DNA of 63,768 bases, the filler included, from Octopus bimaculoides (taxonomy: Eukaryota), in NCBI RefSeq assembly GCF_001194135.2. It is 10 parts of 10 records of this genome, joined end to end, with 100 filler letters (N's around TTAATTAATTAA, not from the genome) between each part and the next. Parts side by side here need not be neighbours in the genome. Positions count along the whole stretch, not along the records: positions 1 to 7,184 come from NC_069010.1; positions 7,285 to 9,584 come from NC_068992.1; positions 9,685 to 15,350 come from NC_068987.1; 7 more parts are not named here. One strand, 5' to 3'. Positions 1-13,748 of the stretch are shown here, piece by piece. The position numbers were made by a program, and so were the translations under genes. The notes under the pieces were generated by a model. That model searched no databases. It was not told where the DNA came from and worked only from the letters and a program-made list of their open reading frames with translations. Every line of letters begins with the position of its first letter. Position 1 is the first letter of the stretch.

Positions 1-58
1 TATATATATATATATATATATATATATAAGATAGATAGACAGATAGATAGATAGATAA

Positions 59-135
<77 letters not shown>
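1..135. repeat. Compound microsatellite (TA)n(GATA)n(GA)n(TACA)n
   Basis: Directly visible. Confidence 0.95.
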
Positions 136-139
<4 letters not shown>

Positions 140-381
140 AACAAGCTCACATTTGTTCATTTATTAGTGGCGAAATGCGTAGTTACAAATATGAAGATAT
201 CAGGTCATTAAGAATGAAATGTCCGATTTTCATAAGTACTAAGTTTGACAGTTCTTAACCCTAACGTTTTATCCTGACAATTCCTTTTCTTTACAACATT
301 GAAGAGTTACATAATCAAATTCCAAAATGCAATTCGTAGTGTCTGATTATATTGTGAGATTTCTCCTGTAAATCAATTATT

Positions 382-1260
382 GTGAACCCATGGATAGATC
401 AAGAATTCGTATTGTTTATTGATATGAGTTCCGTCGTGGAACAAATGCATCCCAGACAGCTCGAAACATCAATGGGGTGTTTGGTAATGATGTGGCAAAT
501 GAGCGTACTGTATATCGATTTTTCTCAGAAGTTCGGGTCTGGTAACCTTACTCTTAAAAATCAGTACGGTGGTAGACCTGAGAGCAAGGTGGATAATGAT
601 GAGCTGAAAACTGTAGTGGAAACATATACATCTCAAACTACGCGTGAATTAACAGCAACATTTAATGTTTTGATTCCAACTGTATTGGACAAACTGAAAC
701 AAACCGTCAAAGTAAAGAAGCTGGCCAAGTGGATACCACACAAACTGAACGAGCACCAACTGATACGCTGTATTGAAACTTTCTGTTTGTTGCTGTCATG
801 GCATAATTGTGTCTGTTCGGTGGTGCAACGCAGGTATCATCCACTACAGCTTCATGAGACCTGGTAAGTCAAAGACAGCGGTTGTATACATCAACCAGTT
901 GGGTGATATGATGAGTGAACTTGCAGTTAAACAACCGAGATTGGTCAATAGAGACACGCCAATTGTCTTGCAAGGCAATGCTCGACCATATGTTGCACAA
1001 AGAACGCTACTCAAGTTACAGGAAGTGAAATTGAAAGTACTCTATTATCCACCATATTTACCACACCTTGTACCAACTGACTAATCACGTTTTCCAAACA
1101 TTAAACATTTTGCAACGAAACACTTCAAATCTAAAGAAGATACAGAAACATCCTATCCTGATTTCTTCAAATCTTGCCCTCCAGAATTTTTCGCTACCAG
1201 CATAATAAAGCTAGCGGTTACATGGCAAAATAGTGTTGATGATTTATGTGCATAATTTGA
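382..1260 (+). mobile_element. Decayed mariner transposase with an internal deletion
   Basis: KWIPHKL (WVPHEL motif), GIIHYSFMRPGKS, QGNARPY and PPYLPHLVPTD (YSPDLAPSD motif). Broken by frameshifts and stops. Confidence 0.85.
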
Positions 1261-1487
1261 TTAACTGCATTGCTTTTTGTTGGGATAAATTAAAATAGAC
1301 GTTCAGTTCGAAATTGGACATCTCATTCTTAATGACGTGATAATTTATTTTCGAGCGCATAGACGCCATAATAACATGGCTGTTTATTGACGAATTTTTC
1401 CAATTTTAAAAGTAATTTACCCTATGATTCTGCTGTTCTAACAGTGTCTCAACGTACAAAATTGAATTATATATCTCCCTCTCTTTA

Positions 1488-1590
<103 letters not shown>

Positions 1591-3457
1591 GTACACACAC
1601 AGAGAATAAAATATATTTGCCAAAGTAAATTGGTAATCCTGGTTAAGACAATGATATTATATTTTTTAGCCCTGTCAACAACAACGAAACCGGCAGTAAA
1701 ATAACGTGAGAGTCCTAATTGTGGTATATGTGTCGACTTAACTGAGGGATCGGAATTCTCCTTCAAACAGTATCAACGTTTTGCAGTGAAAAACAATACA
1801 TGTGCTTCGGAAAACCTAATATATGTATTAACTTGCTCAGGGTTTCAAGTACAATATAATTGTCAAACTAAAAACAATCTACGCCAGAGGATAACGGTAC
1901 ATAAATCACAGATTAAAATACGGAAATACAGATAAATAGGATTAAGTAAGCACATTGATATTTGCGCCACAAACGAACAACCAAATTTTAGAATTTTCTC
2001 CGCTATAATTTCAGGGACAATGCAATCTATAATCAGCGCATTAGCGAAGAAGCATATTTTATTGCAAAATATAAACCTCGTTTGAATGCTTACACCACAG
2101 ATGAAACTACTACAAGAATATAGAACAATTCCAACAACCAATGCAACGATTATAACAGGTCACTGCTACGTCATTTGATCATTAAAAAAGATTCCACGAA
2201 CAATATAGTGTGCCACACCACTCTTGTATTTTATTTTTCCTTTCTCTCCCCTTATTCCTCTTTTCTCAACTGTTACTTCTTTTCATATTTTCATCATCTT
2301 CTTCTCATACTTCACCTCCTCCTCCTTCTTTCTCTTCTTCTCCACTACCACCACCTCGTCCTTCTTCTTCTTCTTCTTCTTCTTCTTCTTCTTCTTCTTC
2401 TTCTTCTTCTTCTTCTTCTTCTTCTTCTTCTTCTTCTNNNNNNNNNNNNNNNNNNNNNNNNNNNNNNNNNNNNNNNNNNNNNNNNNNNNNNNNNNNNNNN
2501 NNNNNNNNNNNNNNNNNNNNNNNNNNNNNNNNNNNNNNNNNNNNNNNNNNNNNNNNNNNNNNNNNNNNNNNNNNNNNNNNNNNNNNNNNNNNNNNNNNNN
2601 NNNNNNNNNNNNNNNNNNNNNNNNNNNNNNNNNNNNNNNNNNNNNNNNNNNNNNNNNNNNNNNNNNNNNNNNNNNNNNNNNNNNNNNNNNNNNNNNNNNN
2701 NNNNNNNNNNNNNNNNNNNNNNNNNNNNNNNNNNNNNNNNNNNNNNNNNNNNNNNNNNNNNNNNNNNNNNNNNNNNNNNNNNNNNNNNNNNNNNNNNNNN
2801 NNNNNNNNNNNNNNNNNNNNNNNNNNNNNNNNNNNNNNNNNNNNNNNNNNNNNNNNNNNNNNNNNNNNNNNNNNNNNNNNNNNNNNNNNNNNNNNNNNNN
2901 NNNNNNNNNNNNNNNNNNNNNNNNNNNNNNNNNNNNNNNNNNNNNNNNNNNNNNNNNNNNNNNNNNNNNNNNNNNNNNNNNNNNNNNNNNNNNNNNNNNN
3001 NNNNNNNNNNNNNNNNNNNNNNNNNNNNNNNNNNNNNNNNNNNNNNNNNNNNNNNNNNNNNNNNNNNNNNNNNNNNNNNNNNNNNNNNATAATGATAATA
3101 ATATTAGGGATAAAAATCCAAATTTACAGGTAAAAACTCAATTAAATTCAATTTGTCAAAGATTAAAATTAAATTAAGTTTCACAGTATATAATATATAA
3201 ATATATGATTTAGAGAAAGGAATCAAACTTCATGAACTCATCCATGAAAATCCACATATAGAAAATATGAATAAGTAAATACACAATAAATAAGTATAAT
3301 AAAATACAAAGTAAAAATCATAAAATAATAATAATAATACGACTACACGAGTTTCATAACCAAGTTTTCAAATAGAAAATAGAATACAATCAAATCGATT
3401 AAATCGATCGAAAATCAGTTCTATTCAAAAATATGGCTAATCTTCAGGTCAAAATAC

Positions 3458-3500
<43 letters not shown>

Positions 3501-3559
3501 TGAATGTATATATCAACCAACAATAAATAAGAAATGAATGTATATAAAAATACTTATTA

Positions 3560-4200
3560 TATCAATATAGGAAAAATGTTAAACAATATTATTAAAAAGA
3601 AATGTAATACTAATCTTAGCAAAAATTATAAACGTGATATTCTTAACTTTACGTTTATTAGAATATAAACTAACAGAAATATTAATTGCAAATCTTATCT
3701 TAACAAAACTCTCGCTTAAAATACAAATTAATCGAAGTTTTAGGTTAAACTAAACTAAAATTATAAACGTAATATAAATAACTTTAATTTTAATATAAGC
3801 TAACAAAAATTAATTTATATAAAAATTAATTTATATAAAAATAATTATATCACCATTAAATAAAAGAAAAATGTTTAACCGAATTATTGAAAATAATTAC
3901 AAAACTTATCTAATCGAATCTTTAGTTTAATTAAAATTTTAAATATTGTACTATTAACTTAACCCTAGTTAGAATATTAACTAATAATCAAAGAAATTAT
4001 ATAGAAAAAACTACTTATTTATCTCATAAATCAAAAGGAATAGTAAACAATATTATTGGAAATAAATGCAAAACTAAACTAAACTAATCGAAGTTTTGTT
4101 TTAAACAAAAATATTAAACATTATACTATTGACTTAGTGTTAAATAATATATCTGCTAACATTAAATATCAATTGAATTAATATAAAAATACATGATAAA
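3560..4200. repeat. Degenerate AT-rich tandem repeat, period about 175-180 bp
   Basis: The anchor AATCGAA(G/T) recurs at 3730, 3912 and 4086, each followed by a similar AAAATT(A/T)TAAA...TATTAACTT block. Confidence 0.55.
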
Positions 4201-4984
4201 GGCAAGGCATTCTGTCTTCTCTGTAATTCTGAACAATTTTTCATTCTTTTTTTCTAAAAATCCCCTTGTAAACACGGTTATAGAGCGTGCATACCGATGT
4301 AAACATTGGCAGAAACACACCTTCAGGTTTTATAAGTGATATCGATCAATATATATAATTTAAACATTAATTTTCATCTTACATTTCACTTTCACTAGAT
4401 ATATCTATTTCCAAGACGTTAGTGTTCTATTTAATTTACATATTGTTCTATACATCTCATTTATTTGGTTTTTTTCTTTCCTTTACCCCTCCTCTTTCTA
4501 TAGGCTACTTTTGACGTTATGTCCTCTAAAGTTTTTTTTTTAAAGTAAACTTAATAGCGTTCAGTTCATCACTTAATATATCCCTCATATTCTGTTAATA
4601 TGTCTTATTGACGAGTTTTGTTTCTTCATTCCCCTGAAGAGAATATTACATTGTTTTACATCATTTTATTGCTTTGGAATAATACCAGTGATATCTTCGT
4701 TTAACTCCATTTAGATATATATGAGGTTGATGCATATGCAATGGCCGTTTTTTACAAAACAGATTTACATTTTATTTGGTATTTTTTAAAATTGTGCCTC
4801 TTGAAATGTTTTACGGATGTCGCAGTAAGAAATATATACATTTTTCTTTCAGATTCTGATTGCATGGGCCATTATCTTCTGCTATATTCACATCTATGTG
4901 TGTCCCATCTAAAGATCACATTAGACAAGTCTTACTCTTTGAGTTTCATAAGAGTCTTAATGCAAGCACAACGTCAAAGTCTCC

Positions 4985-5780
4985 ATAGAGAGTTTACGAG
5001 GATGAGGTAGTTAGTGAATGGAGTTACAGGAGACAGTTTTCTCGCTTCAGAAGTAGGGATTTTCGCCAAAAGAATATCGTTCAAAGCAACTTGATTCCGA
5101 GGAAAGCTTTTTGTCAGAGAAAATCCAAACACACATACAACTGTTATGCGCCAACTGAAAATGATGAGAAAGTTTTCAGTGGCTGGAAAACGGGTCCCGC
5201 ACGAACTGTCTTCAGAGGATTTGCAACAGTGTGTTGTTTGTTGTCAGTTATTGCTTTCACGACACCTTAAGGAAGGCTTGCTTGTTACAGGTGATGAGAG
5301 GTGGATCCTTTGCCATAAGGTTAAACGCTACCGATCATGGATCAGTCGAGGAAGAAGACCTATTCAACAGCCAAGAGGAGGACATTATCAAACGAAGATC
5401 ATGCTGCTGAGTATATGGTCGTATATTGAAGGAGATGTCCATTACGAACTATTAGACAACGACCAAACAATTACTGCTAATCTCTACTGTGACCGACTTC
5501 ATCGGTTAAAAGTTGGTTTGTGCAGAGAGCGACACCGCTTAGTTAACAGAGAGGATGTCCTCTTCCACCATCTTAATGCTCGTCCGCACATGGCTTAACT
5601 GATGAAAGATCTCAGAGAAGAGCTTGGTTGAAAAATATTTCTCCATTCTCCACATTCTCCAGGCATTGCTCTTTCTGACTATCATTTTTTTCAGCGCGTA
5701 CAGAACCTATCGGATGGTCTTAGGTTGACACGAATAGAAGAGGTTGAAAATTAGTTGGATTACTACTTCGTATCAAGAGA
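4985..5780 (+). mobile_element. Decayed mariner transposase
   Basis: KRVPHELS, LVTGDERWIL, FHHLNARPH and HSPGIALSDYHFF. Confidence 0.9.
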
Positions 5781-5940
5781 CCACCTCCCCCTGTTGGATG
5801 AAGTTAAAATAATAGACAGAGAACACCACTGGAAAATACGAAAACTAAAAGAAGCAGCAGATAAGCTAGGACACAACAACCTCCTAAGCAGACCGCATGC
5901 AGATTAGAATAGCATATAGGAACCAGTATTAAGGAAGGGC
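5780..5940 (+). mobile_element. Penelope-like element, 3' end of the GIY-YIG domain
   Basis: Translates as DHLPLLDEVKIIDREHHWKIRKLKEAADKLGHNNLLSRP, resembling the PLE endonuclease C-terminus. Confidence 0.7.
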
Positions 5941-5982
5941 AGGAAAATATCTTATTTAAAGGCCCTAAAATTCACTCCATAT

Positions 5983-6048
5983 GGTGTAGTGGTTAAGAGC
6001 GCGAGCTACTAACCGCATGAATCCGAGTGCGATTCCAGGCAATGACCT
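5983..6048 (+). mobile_element. tRNA-derived SINE head
   Basis: A-box GGTGTAGTGG and B-box-like GTGCGATTCC, followed by an (AAT)n tail. Confidence 0.6.
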
Positions 6049-6302
<254 letters not shown>

Positions 6303-6858
6303 AATGCCCGGATGCAGTACCAGGCAGTGGCTCTGATGTCTTCTGATCTTAATTGATTGGAAGTGTTATCATGTACATTGTTTTGTCTTGGTATTAAAGA
6401 TGGGCAACAGCAAATATTCTGCTCAATACCACAGATTTGCTTGTCAGTTGTTTGACCTTAACCAGTTGAGCATGTCCCTTAGTGGCCGATGATATGTGCA
6501 TCTCTAATCATGAGCAGAAGTAGTGGGGGACTATCATAGCCATATGTTGAGAGGAATTATTTGGGGTTTGAATAATTCACCTTTGGAAACGTGGGTGTTT
6601 TGCTCAACATCCTTAAACAAACCTTATTCAAGGACCTTTTGAGCGGGATGGGCTACTTGACCTGAAGAAAATTCTAACTGGGTCCCACCTGCGAGGTCAT
6701 GAACTGTTTACTTTGATATGAGATCATCATGTCTCGCACATATGTTTGTGATGCATGAGCCTGGTGTACCTTATCAGACGTGTAGTCATTATGGGTATAG
6801 TGGGCTTCGTATATTTTACCCCAGTGTCACTTTGATGGAATGCACTGTTCTCTCTCTC
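6303..6858. mobile_element. Unclassified interspersed repeat of about 550 bp embedded in an (AAT)n array
   Basis: A complex-sequence block with sharp (AAT)n flanks on both sides and no coding signal. It resembles a recalled abundant octopus repeat (not verified). Confidence 0.5.
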
Positions 6859-6923
6859 AATAATAATAATAATAATAATATTAATAATAATAATGATAAT
6901 AATAATAATAATAATAATAATAA

Positions 6924-7184
6924 ATGAAATTCGGATTAGAAAAATGTGCCAAAGCAACCCTGAAAAGAGGAAAATTAGTTAAAAGTAGCAATATAACACT
7001 AGATAAAGCCAATGAACTAAGAGAACTAGACGAAAGCCAACCATATAAGTATTTAGGAGTCAATGAACTAGATAGGATACAACATACACAAATGAAAGAA
7101 AAAATAAAGAAAGAGTACTACAGACGAGTTAGATCAATACTAAAAACAGAGCTCAATGCTAAAAACAAGATAATGGGTATCAAC
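6924..7184 (+). mobile_element. 5'-truncated Dong/R4-like non-LTR retrotransposon (RT C-terminal region)
   Basis: MKFGLEKCAK...YKYLGV...KEYYRRVRSILKTELNAKNKIMGIN. It starts directly after (AAT)n and runs into a gap. Confidence 0.75.
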
Positions 7185-7228
7185 NNNNNNNNNNNNNNNN
7201 NNNNNNNNNNNNNNNNNNNNNNNNNNNN

Positions 7229-7240
7229 TTAATTAATTAA
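7229..7240. other. Artificial scaffold pad TTAATTAATTAA within a run of Ns. It also occurs at 9629, 15395, 22518, 34164, 38268, 39901, 60064 and 62702.
   Basis: The same 12-mer is centred in a 100-nt N block (44 N on each side where counted) and gives stop codons in all six frames. Confidence 0.95.
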
Positions 7241-7284
7241 NNNNNNNNNNNNNNNNNNNNNNNNNNNNNNNNNNNNNNNNNNNN

Positions 7285-7342
<58 letters not shown>

Positions 7343-7960
7343 AGCTGTACACACTTCAAATATGCATTAATGCATTACCACAACTTACATATGCGAATGA
7401 GTATACTTTAATAAGCGCTCACACATACATATACACACAATAGCGCATGTTTTTGTATGTGTGAATGTATGTATGTATGTATGTATGTATGTATGTATAT
7501 TTGTATGTATGTATGCCTCTGTGTGCATGCGTGCGTGAGTATACAGATGTGAGTACATATAAATATTTGAATGCGGCTGAGTATACGTATGCGCGTGATT
7601 GTTTGTATTGTTACGCATGCGTGTACGTGTTCCTTTGCCGGTGTGTACATGTGTTTGAAGACATCGTAGAATGGGACGAAAAATTACAAGTAGAAAATAT
7701 AGAAAATTTGTTATTTCGTGATTCTGTATGGTGTGCAAATGACTATGGCATATTTATGCATGGCCAAAAGGACTTCACTAAGGATGCCATACCAACCTCC
7801 TAACTGTAGGTTTGTGAATAATTTTTATACGATTATTTTACTGCAGGTATGTATATATATATATATATATATATATACAAACACACGCACGCACACACAC
7901 ACACACACACACACAGAGATAAACTTACTTGGAAATGGATATGTGGTGTTCAGTCATATA

Positions 7961-7993
<33 letters not shown>

Positions 7994-8972
7994 NNNNNNN
8001 NNNNNNNNNNNNNNNNNNNNNNNNNNNNNNNNNNNNNNNNNNNNNNNNNNNNNNNNNNNNNNNNNNNNNNNNNNNNNNNNNNNNNNNNNNNNNNNNNNNN
8101 NNNNNNNNNNNNNNNNNNNNNNNNNNNNNNNNNNNNNNNNNNNNNNNNNNNNNNNNNNNNNNNNNNNNNNNNNNNNNNNNNNNNNNNNNNNNNNNNNNNN
8201 NNNNNNNNNNNNNNNNNNNNNNNNNNNNNNNNNNNNNNNNNNNNNNNNNNNNNNNNNNNNNNNNNNNNNNNNNNNNNNNNNNNNNNNNNNNNNNNNNNNN
8301 NNNNNNNNNNNNNNNNNNNNNNNNNNNNNNNNNNNNNNNNNNNNNNNNNNNNNNNNNNNNNNNNNNNNNNNNNNNNNNNNNNNNNNNNNNNNNNNNNNNN
8401 NNNNNNNNNNNNNNNNNNNNNNNNNNNNNNNNNNNNNNNNNNNNNNNNNNNNNNNNNNNNNNNNNNNNNNNNNNNNNNNNNNNNNNNNNNNNNNNNNNNN
8501 NNNNNNNNNNNNNNNNNNNNNNNNNNNNNNNNNNNNNNNNNNNNNNNNNNNNNNNNNNNNNNNNNNNNNCACGTGAGGAAAAGAAAGATGATCACGTGAG
8601 GAAAAGAAAAATGGACGATGGTGACATGTGAGCAACGAGAGAGAGTAAAAGAAGAAGATGGAGAGAGAGAGAGAAAGAGAGAGAGAGAGATAGAGAGAGA
8701 AAACGGTGAAGGGAGAAAGAAAGACTTAGAGAAAGGATGAGAGAGAAAAACGAAACGGAGAGAAGGGGAGGAAATACTTTTTTTATATTATTATATGATT
8801 GAACGCCACACATCCATTTCCAAGCAAGTTTCTCTAAATAATTTTGATGCGACTATACCCTGTATTGTTCTCTCTCTCCCCCTTTCGTTTTCTTTCTCTT
8901 CCTTTCTCTAATTCTTTTTTCTCCCCTTCAATATGTGCAACTGTGTGTGAATATGTTTGCACATATATCTTA

Positions 8973-9045
8973 CAGCTGTTTCTAGAAAAGCTAAACATAT
9001 GGATCACCATATTGAGTAAGGATTCCATAAGCTGAATAAATCGTC

Positions 9046-9143
<98 letters not shown>

Positions 9144-9494
9144 GAGAGAGGGAGAGAGAGAGAGAGAAAGAACGAAAGAAATTAGAAATATGTAAAAATG
9201 AGGGAATTTCTCCAGTTTCATGGATTATCATCGAAACTTCTCATTTGAAACTGCTAATGAACATTGCCTATAACTGTATTATTTATTTGATCATGGAACT
9301 ACCGAACGCATACATATTTTACTCTGACCCTCACCCATTTTTGACAAATTGGAATATGTAAATATCCTCGAGTGGAGATATTCCTTCATTTTTACATTTC
9401 TCTGACTTCTCCCTCTCTGATGACGGAGTACTTATGTTATGGAATTGTTACTCAATATGATAATCCACATGCTTGGCTATTCTAGAAACAGCTG
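8973..9494. mobile_element. Long-TIR MITE/foldback element, Tc1/mariner type with TA target duplication
   Basis: TA|CAGCTGTTTCTAGAA ... TTCTAGAAACAGCTG|TA. The arms are imperfectly complementary over roughly 120 bp, with an (AG)n expansion in the left arm only. Confidence 0.85.
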
Positions 9495-10334
9495 TAAGAG
9501 ACTCCGTGTATTTATATTCTCTATCTAAATTAAATGCTTTTTTTAAGTAATGCCAGACGTTTTGCTTTTCCATCTTTATATATANNNNNNNNNNNNNNNN
9601 NNNNNNNNNNNNNNNNNNNNNNNNNNNNTTAATTAATTAANNNNNNNNNNNNNNNNNNNNNNNNNNNNNNNNNNNNNNNNNNNNATATATATATATATAT
9701 ATATATATAGATAGATAGATAGATATATATATATACATAAATATGTTGACACGCACATACATACTTAAATGAAGGTAGAATACAATATTTATTCAATGTA
9801 AATTGGGTAATTAGAAATGGAAAGCAGCGTAAAAACGTTGGCGGAGACAATATCTTGAGAAAAGGCCATCTTTTATTCCCATTATCTGTTTCTTCTACCT
9901 TTGCTTCCTGTCATTTCTTTCTTCTCCTGTCATTCTTTCAAACTTTCTTTTATTCTTTCAATTTATCTCCCAGAGAAGTATTCAAAAACGATGAGAATAC
10001 AAGTGGAAGGTGTAATAGGATACTGAAATAGGATGGACGTAGGCGATTTTATGTTATAGGGTTAATTCAAAGGGAGAGAATTGCCTGGAAGATTTCTTGT
10101 CGAAAATAAAACTACAGAAACGGAAATCATCAACATTAAGATGAAAGAATAGAAAGAATTTGGAAATAAGAGACGAGGCAGGGAAAGAAAGAGAGAGAAA
10201 GAGAGAGAGAGGGAAAGAGATAGGAACAAAAGACAGAGAGAGAGACAGAGAGAGAGAAAGAGAGAGGGAGAAAGGGAAAGAGAGACAATGATAGAGGAAC
10301 ATACAGAGAGAGAGAGAAAGAAAGAAAGAAAGAA

Positions 10335-10370
<36 letters not shown>

Positions 10371-10527
10371 AATAAAGAAAGAAATAAATAAAGAAAGAAA
10401 GACATATAGCGAAAGGTAGTGGAATGTAATTGAGTGAGCAGAAAACAAGTTAGCTAGAAAGTAAAACAGTTATGTTAGGTGTATACACGGTAGATTATAT
10501 GTGTACATATGTATATATTGCATTATA

Positions 10528-10698
10528 CAGTAATCCCTCGATTATCACGGGTGTTACGTTCCAAAAAGCCCCACGACAGGTGAAAATCCATAAATTAGAA
10601 ACAGTGCATATATTCATTTTATTATAAATGCAAAGCAACATCACGGAGGCATCAACGTAAGCTTAAATATTAAACCGCGATATGGTAAGGAATTACTG
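10528..10698. mobile_element. Tigger/pogo-type MITE (171 bp)
   Basis: TA|CAGTAATCCCTCGATTATCACGG ... CCGCGATATGGTAAGGAATTACTG|TA. Confidence 0.85.
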
Positions 10699-10763
10699 TA
10701 TATCTTATTTATATTCTGAAATCTCATATATTTTTACTTGTTTTTTTTACGTGTATTTATATA

Positions 10764-11664
10764 TTGGGTCATCCCATAAATAATGCGTTTTTTATACTTC
10801 TTTTATGTTTCAAGTTTTTTTTTTAAATCTAAAATATACTCTCCTTCAATTTCTACAAAGTTCTTTCATCTATCTGGTAGAGTAGCAAATCCCTTCTTCC
10901 AAAATTCACTTGTCCATGACGAAAATTAATCCACCAATACTGTTCTTATCTCATCTAGAGCATTCATATTTTTCCGTTCAAATGATTTTGAAGACTGCGT
11001 AATGAATGATAATCAGATGGGGCAATGTCGGGCGAATATAGTGGGTGGGGTATCGTTTCCCATTCAAACTTCTCCAGCCTTTGGAATGACACCCTCGCTG
11101 TATGTGGTTGAGTATTATTCTGATGGAAGAACAACTTTCGTCTTGAAATCAAAGATGGTCGTTTTCCTTCTAGCGTATGTGTCGATGAATGGTCAAATGA
11201 CCAAATCCAAGCTTTTCTGCTAATTTCTCAACAGCTACGATGGGATTTTGTTCCATCAGGTTTGCAGGACGTCCCTGTTGATCTCTACAGATCTTCCAGG
11301 ACGTGGTTCGTCTTCTAGGCTGTAGTTTCCGACTCGGAATTTCTGGAACCACCGTTAACACTGGCTTACGCTAATTGTCCGATCCCCATATACTGCATTA
11401 ATATTCTGCGCACTTACCGTTGAGTTGTTGCCTTTATTGAACTCATAAGACAAAATATGCCGAATATGCTCCTTTGTCACTTCCATTATAGATTTAGAAA
11501 AATAATTGTTAAAATCAAACTGCACTCTTCAAAACTTGCACCAAGAATAAAGGCAAAGTAAAATTAATGTCTTTATAGCAAGTTGATGCCAGTAGTTTAT
11601 CCCGTCGCACTCCGACTTTTAGTTCATGCAATTGAAAACACGCATTATTTATGGGATGACTTAA
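10764..11664 (-). mobile_element. Mariner deletion derivative with both TIRs
   Basis: TIRs TTGGGTCATCCCATAAATAATGCG and CGCATTATTTATGGGATGACTTAA, TA flanks, and the motif HPLYSPDIAPSDYH on the - strand. Confidence 0.92.
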
Positions 11665-11675
11665 TATGTATAGAG

Positions 11676-11865
11676 GAGATGGGGCTCCTTAGCCATGGTA
11701 AGGGCAACCCATCTAGGAGAAGGAAAGTTCTGATATAAAACCAGGTTTATGGTTGCTGACTTTCCCCTTAGTTAATGTGTACTATCAACATCTACCTACT
11801 CAGGGCAGTCTGGGCTCTGTAGCTTTTGAGCAACTAGACTAGGAGAAGGCCACTCTGATCTCAAA
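11676..11865 (+). mobile_element. RTE-type LINE 5'-UTR-like fragments (two copies of one motif)
   Basis: The motif CTAGGAGAAGG..(T/C)TCTGAT occurs at about 11715 and 11838. It is recalled from RTE 5' ends. Confidence 0.4.
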
Positions 11866-12019
11866 TGAGCGATCAATGTAGCATCTGACACGTGGCACAC
11901 TGTGCACCAGTACAGGTATATGTTGTTTTGATTGCGAGAGTGTTCATTGTGTTGCACAAGCAATGGCCACTATTAAAAAATCATGTGTAGATAGTTCATT
12001 AAAATGCTATCGGCAAATA

Positions 12020-13316
12020 CCACCATTATGCTATGATGGTGAGAATGTACCACCCCACTTTGAGACGTGGCGCTTTTTTCGGTCGTACTTTTCTGGTCGG
12101 CATATATGTATTTTTGAGGAATCCTTCTCTTGAATTTTTTCTACATCGTGTTTCAGGTTTACCATACTTTGGCATTCTTCTGCCATGGACTGTAAGGTTA
12201 GATGTTGGTTCGCTTGTTCCAACTTCCAAAGAATTCTTGTCCGAATTTCTGTATCTGCGCTTGCTGTAACGCCTTGTACAAAAATTAGACACTTGAACAT
12301 CTCAGGTGTAAGTTCTTTGAGTTTAAAACTCACACATCCTGTTGACTATTCCTGCTTATGTGATAAAATCATTATTCTTTTTATTTTTTTGTTATATTCC
12401 AACACCTTATTTGAGTGTTAGAGAAGTTTTATCACAGAATATGTTAGACAGTAATTCTATTGTTTCTGTAAAACAAATTTCATTAGGTTTTTTGGGCAAT
12501 ATTAAATTACAGTAACGTTCATGCTCTAACGGAGCTAATTTTCACAATAACAATCTCACGTTTTGTTCGTCCAACCTTGATTTGCAATCTTGCTTAAAAC
12601 TCTTCTCGTACCTTCTGTAGTACGATGCAAAAGTTATACCCTCCTCTGGGTTATGACTGAATTCATTAATCGAGTCCGAAACGCCTTCTAGCGAAACCGA
12701 ACTTACCTCATTTTGGGACTTCTTTTAATACAATTCCAATAATTGTTGTTGTTGTTATAGTTGTTGCTGTAATAGTTGCTTCTGCAACTCCAGCTGCTGC
12801 TCTTGTTGCTATTACAACTGTACTATGGAAGCTAATAGGTCTTCCATTATTTAACAAGTTGTATCACAAAAAAATTGTTAAATAACCTACGCGAGCTTTG
12901 AACACGTCGTAATTGTTACGTACAATAAATAAGATAACCAGACAACAGTAAAAACAATGTAAAGAGCTAACAAATATCTTTACGAACCAACAATCAATAT
13001 TCCTTGCATACTAACCAACCGACACCTTCCGACGTTACTGCGAACTAACACGAACTTCAATCGACTCCGAACTCTTGAATTCACTCGTATCGTTTCTATT
13101 TATACTTTATTCGGACCAGTCGGTCTCTCGCAAGGGAGCATCGTGACTCTCATCACAAAACCATCCACGCAGAGAGTGTAAAAGTTGTGGCATTTCAAGA
13201 GTGATTGTAGGCGTACTTAGAATGATCAAATAAAGAACTGAAAATTATCTAAGAATGATCCCTGGCTTATCATACATGCAGGAAGTGCAAAAGATCGTCT
13301 TAACCAGTACGTCACA
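12020..13316 (-). mobile_element. Truncated Ty3/Gypsy element: LTR 13316-12914 plus decayed gag from 12847
   Basis: The LTR is bounded by the inverted repeats TGTTACGTAC and GTACGTCACA. Gag reads MEDLLASI..QQQ..EGITFASYYRRYE..HERYCNLILPKKP..FKCLIFVQGV...EIRTRILWKLEQ. No pol is seen. Confidence 0.8.
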
Positions 13317-13557
13317 CGTACTGAGAAGAGCATCGACGCTGTGAATTTTCTTTCTTTATTAGCCCTTTAATTTCTTTGTTTACTTATATTATTTTCCTTT
13401 TCTTCTCTGTTTTTCTACCCCTTTTTATCTGTCACATAATTTTGTAAATGAAAAATTTGGTGCGTTTATTAAAATGGCCTGCCAATGAATACAGTGCGTT
13501 TCTTTACCCTAGTTATCAGGAAGACACACGGCAATAAATGGAAACAAAATTGAAAGA

Positions 13558-13559
13558 TG

Positions 13560-13615
<56 letters not shown>

Positions 13616-13632
13616 TGTTGTTGTTGTTGTTG

Positions 13633-13706
<74 letters not shown>

Positions 13707-13748
13707 GTTATTATTATTATTACTATTATTATTATCATTATTATTTTA
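13558..13748. repeat. (TTA)n/(TTG)n microsatellite
   Basis: Directly visible. Confidence 0.95.

Noticed and set aside
2175-3177. Long ORFs in the track spanning N runs (also 7718-8599, 34760-37130 and 58898-59481)
   Set aside because: They stay open only because Ns and microsatellites contain no stop codons.
4628-4705. Second copy of the 43.7-kb hammerhead (CCCTGAAGAGAATATTACA resembles its start, and an imperfect stem II can be drawn)
   Set aside because: GAAA is replaced by GTTT, and there is no stem III or stem I. At best it is a dead relic or chance similarity.
7229-7240. Recurring TTAATTAATTAA palindrome as a regulatory or recombination site
   Set aside because: It is always centred in a fixed N block, so it is an assembly spacer.
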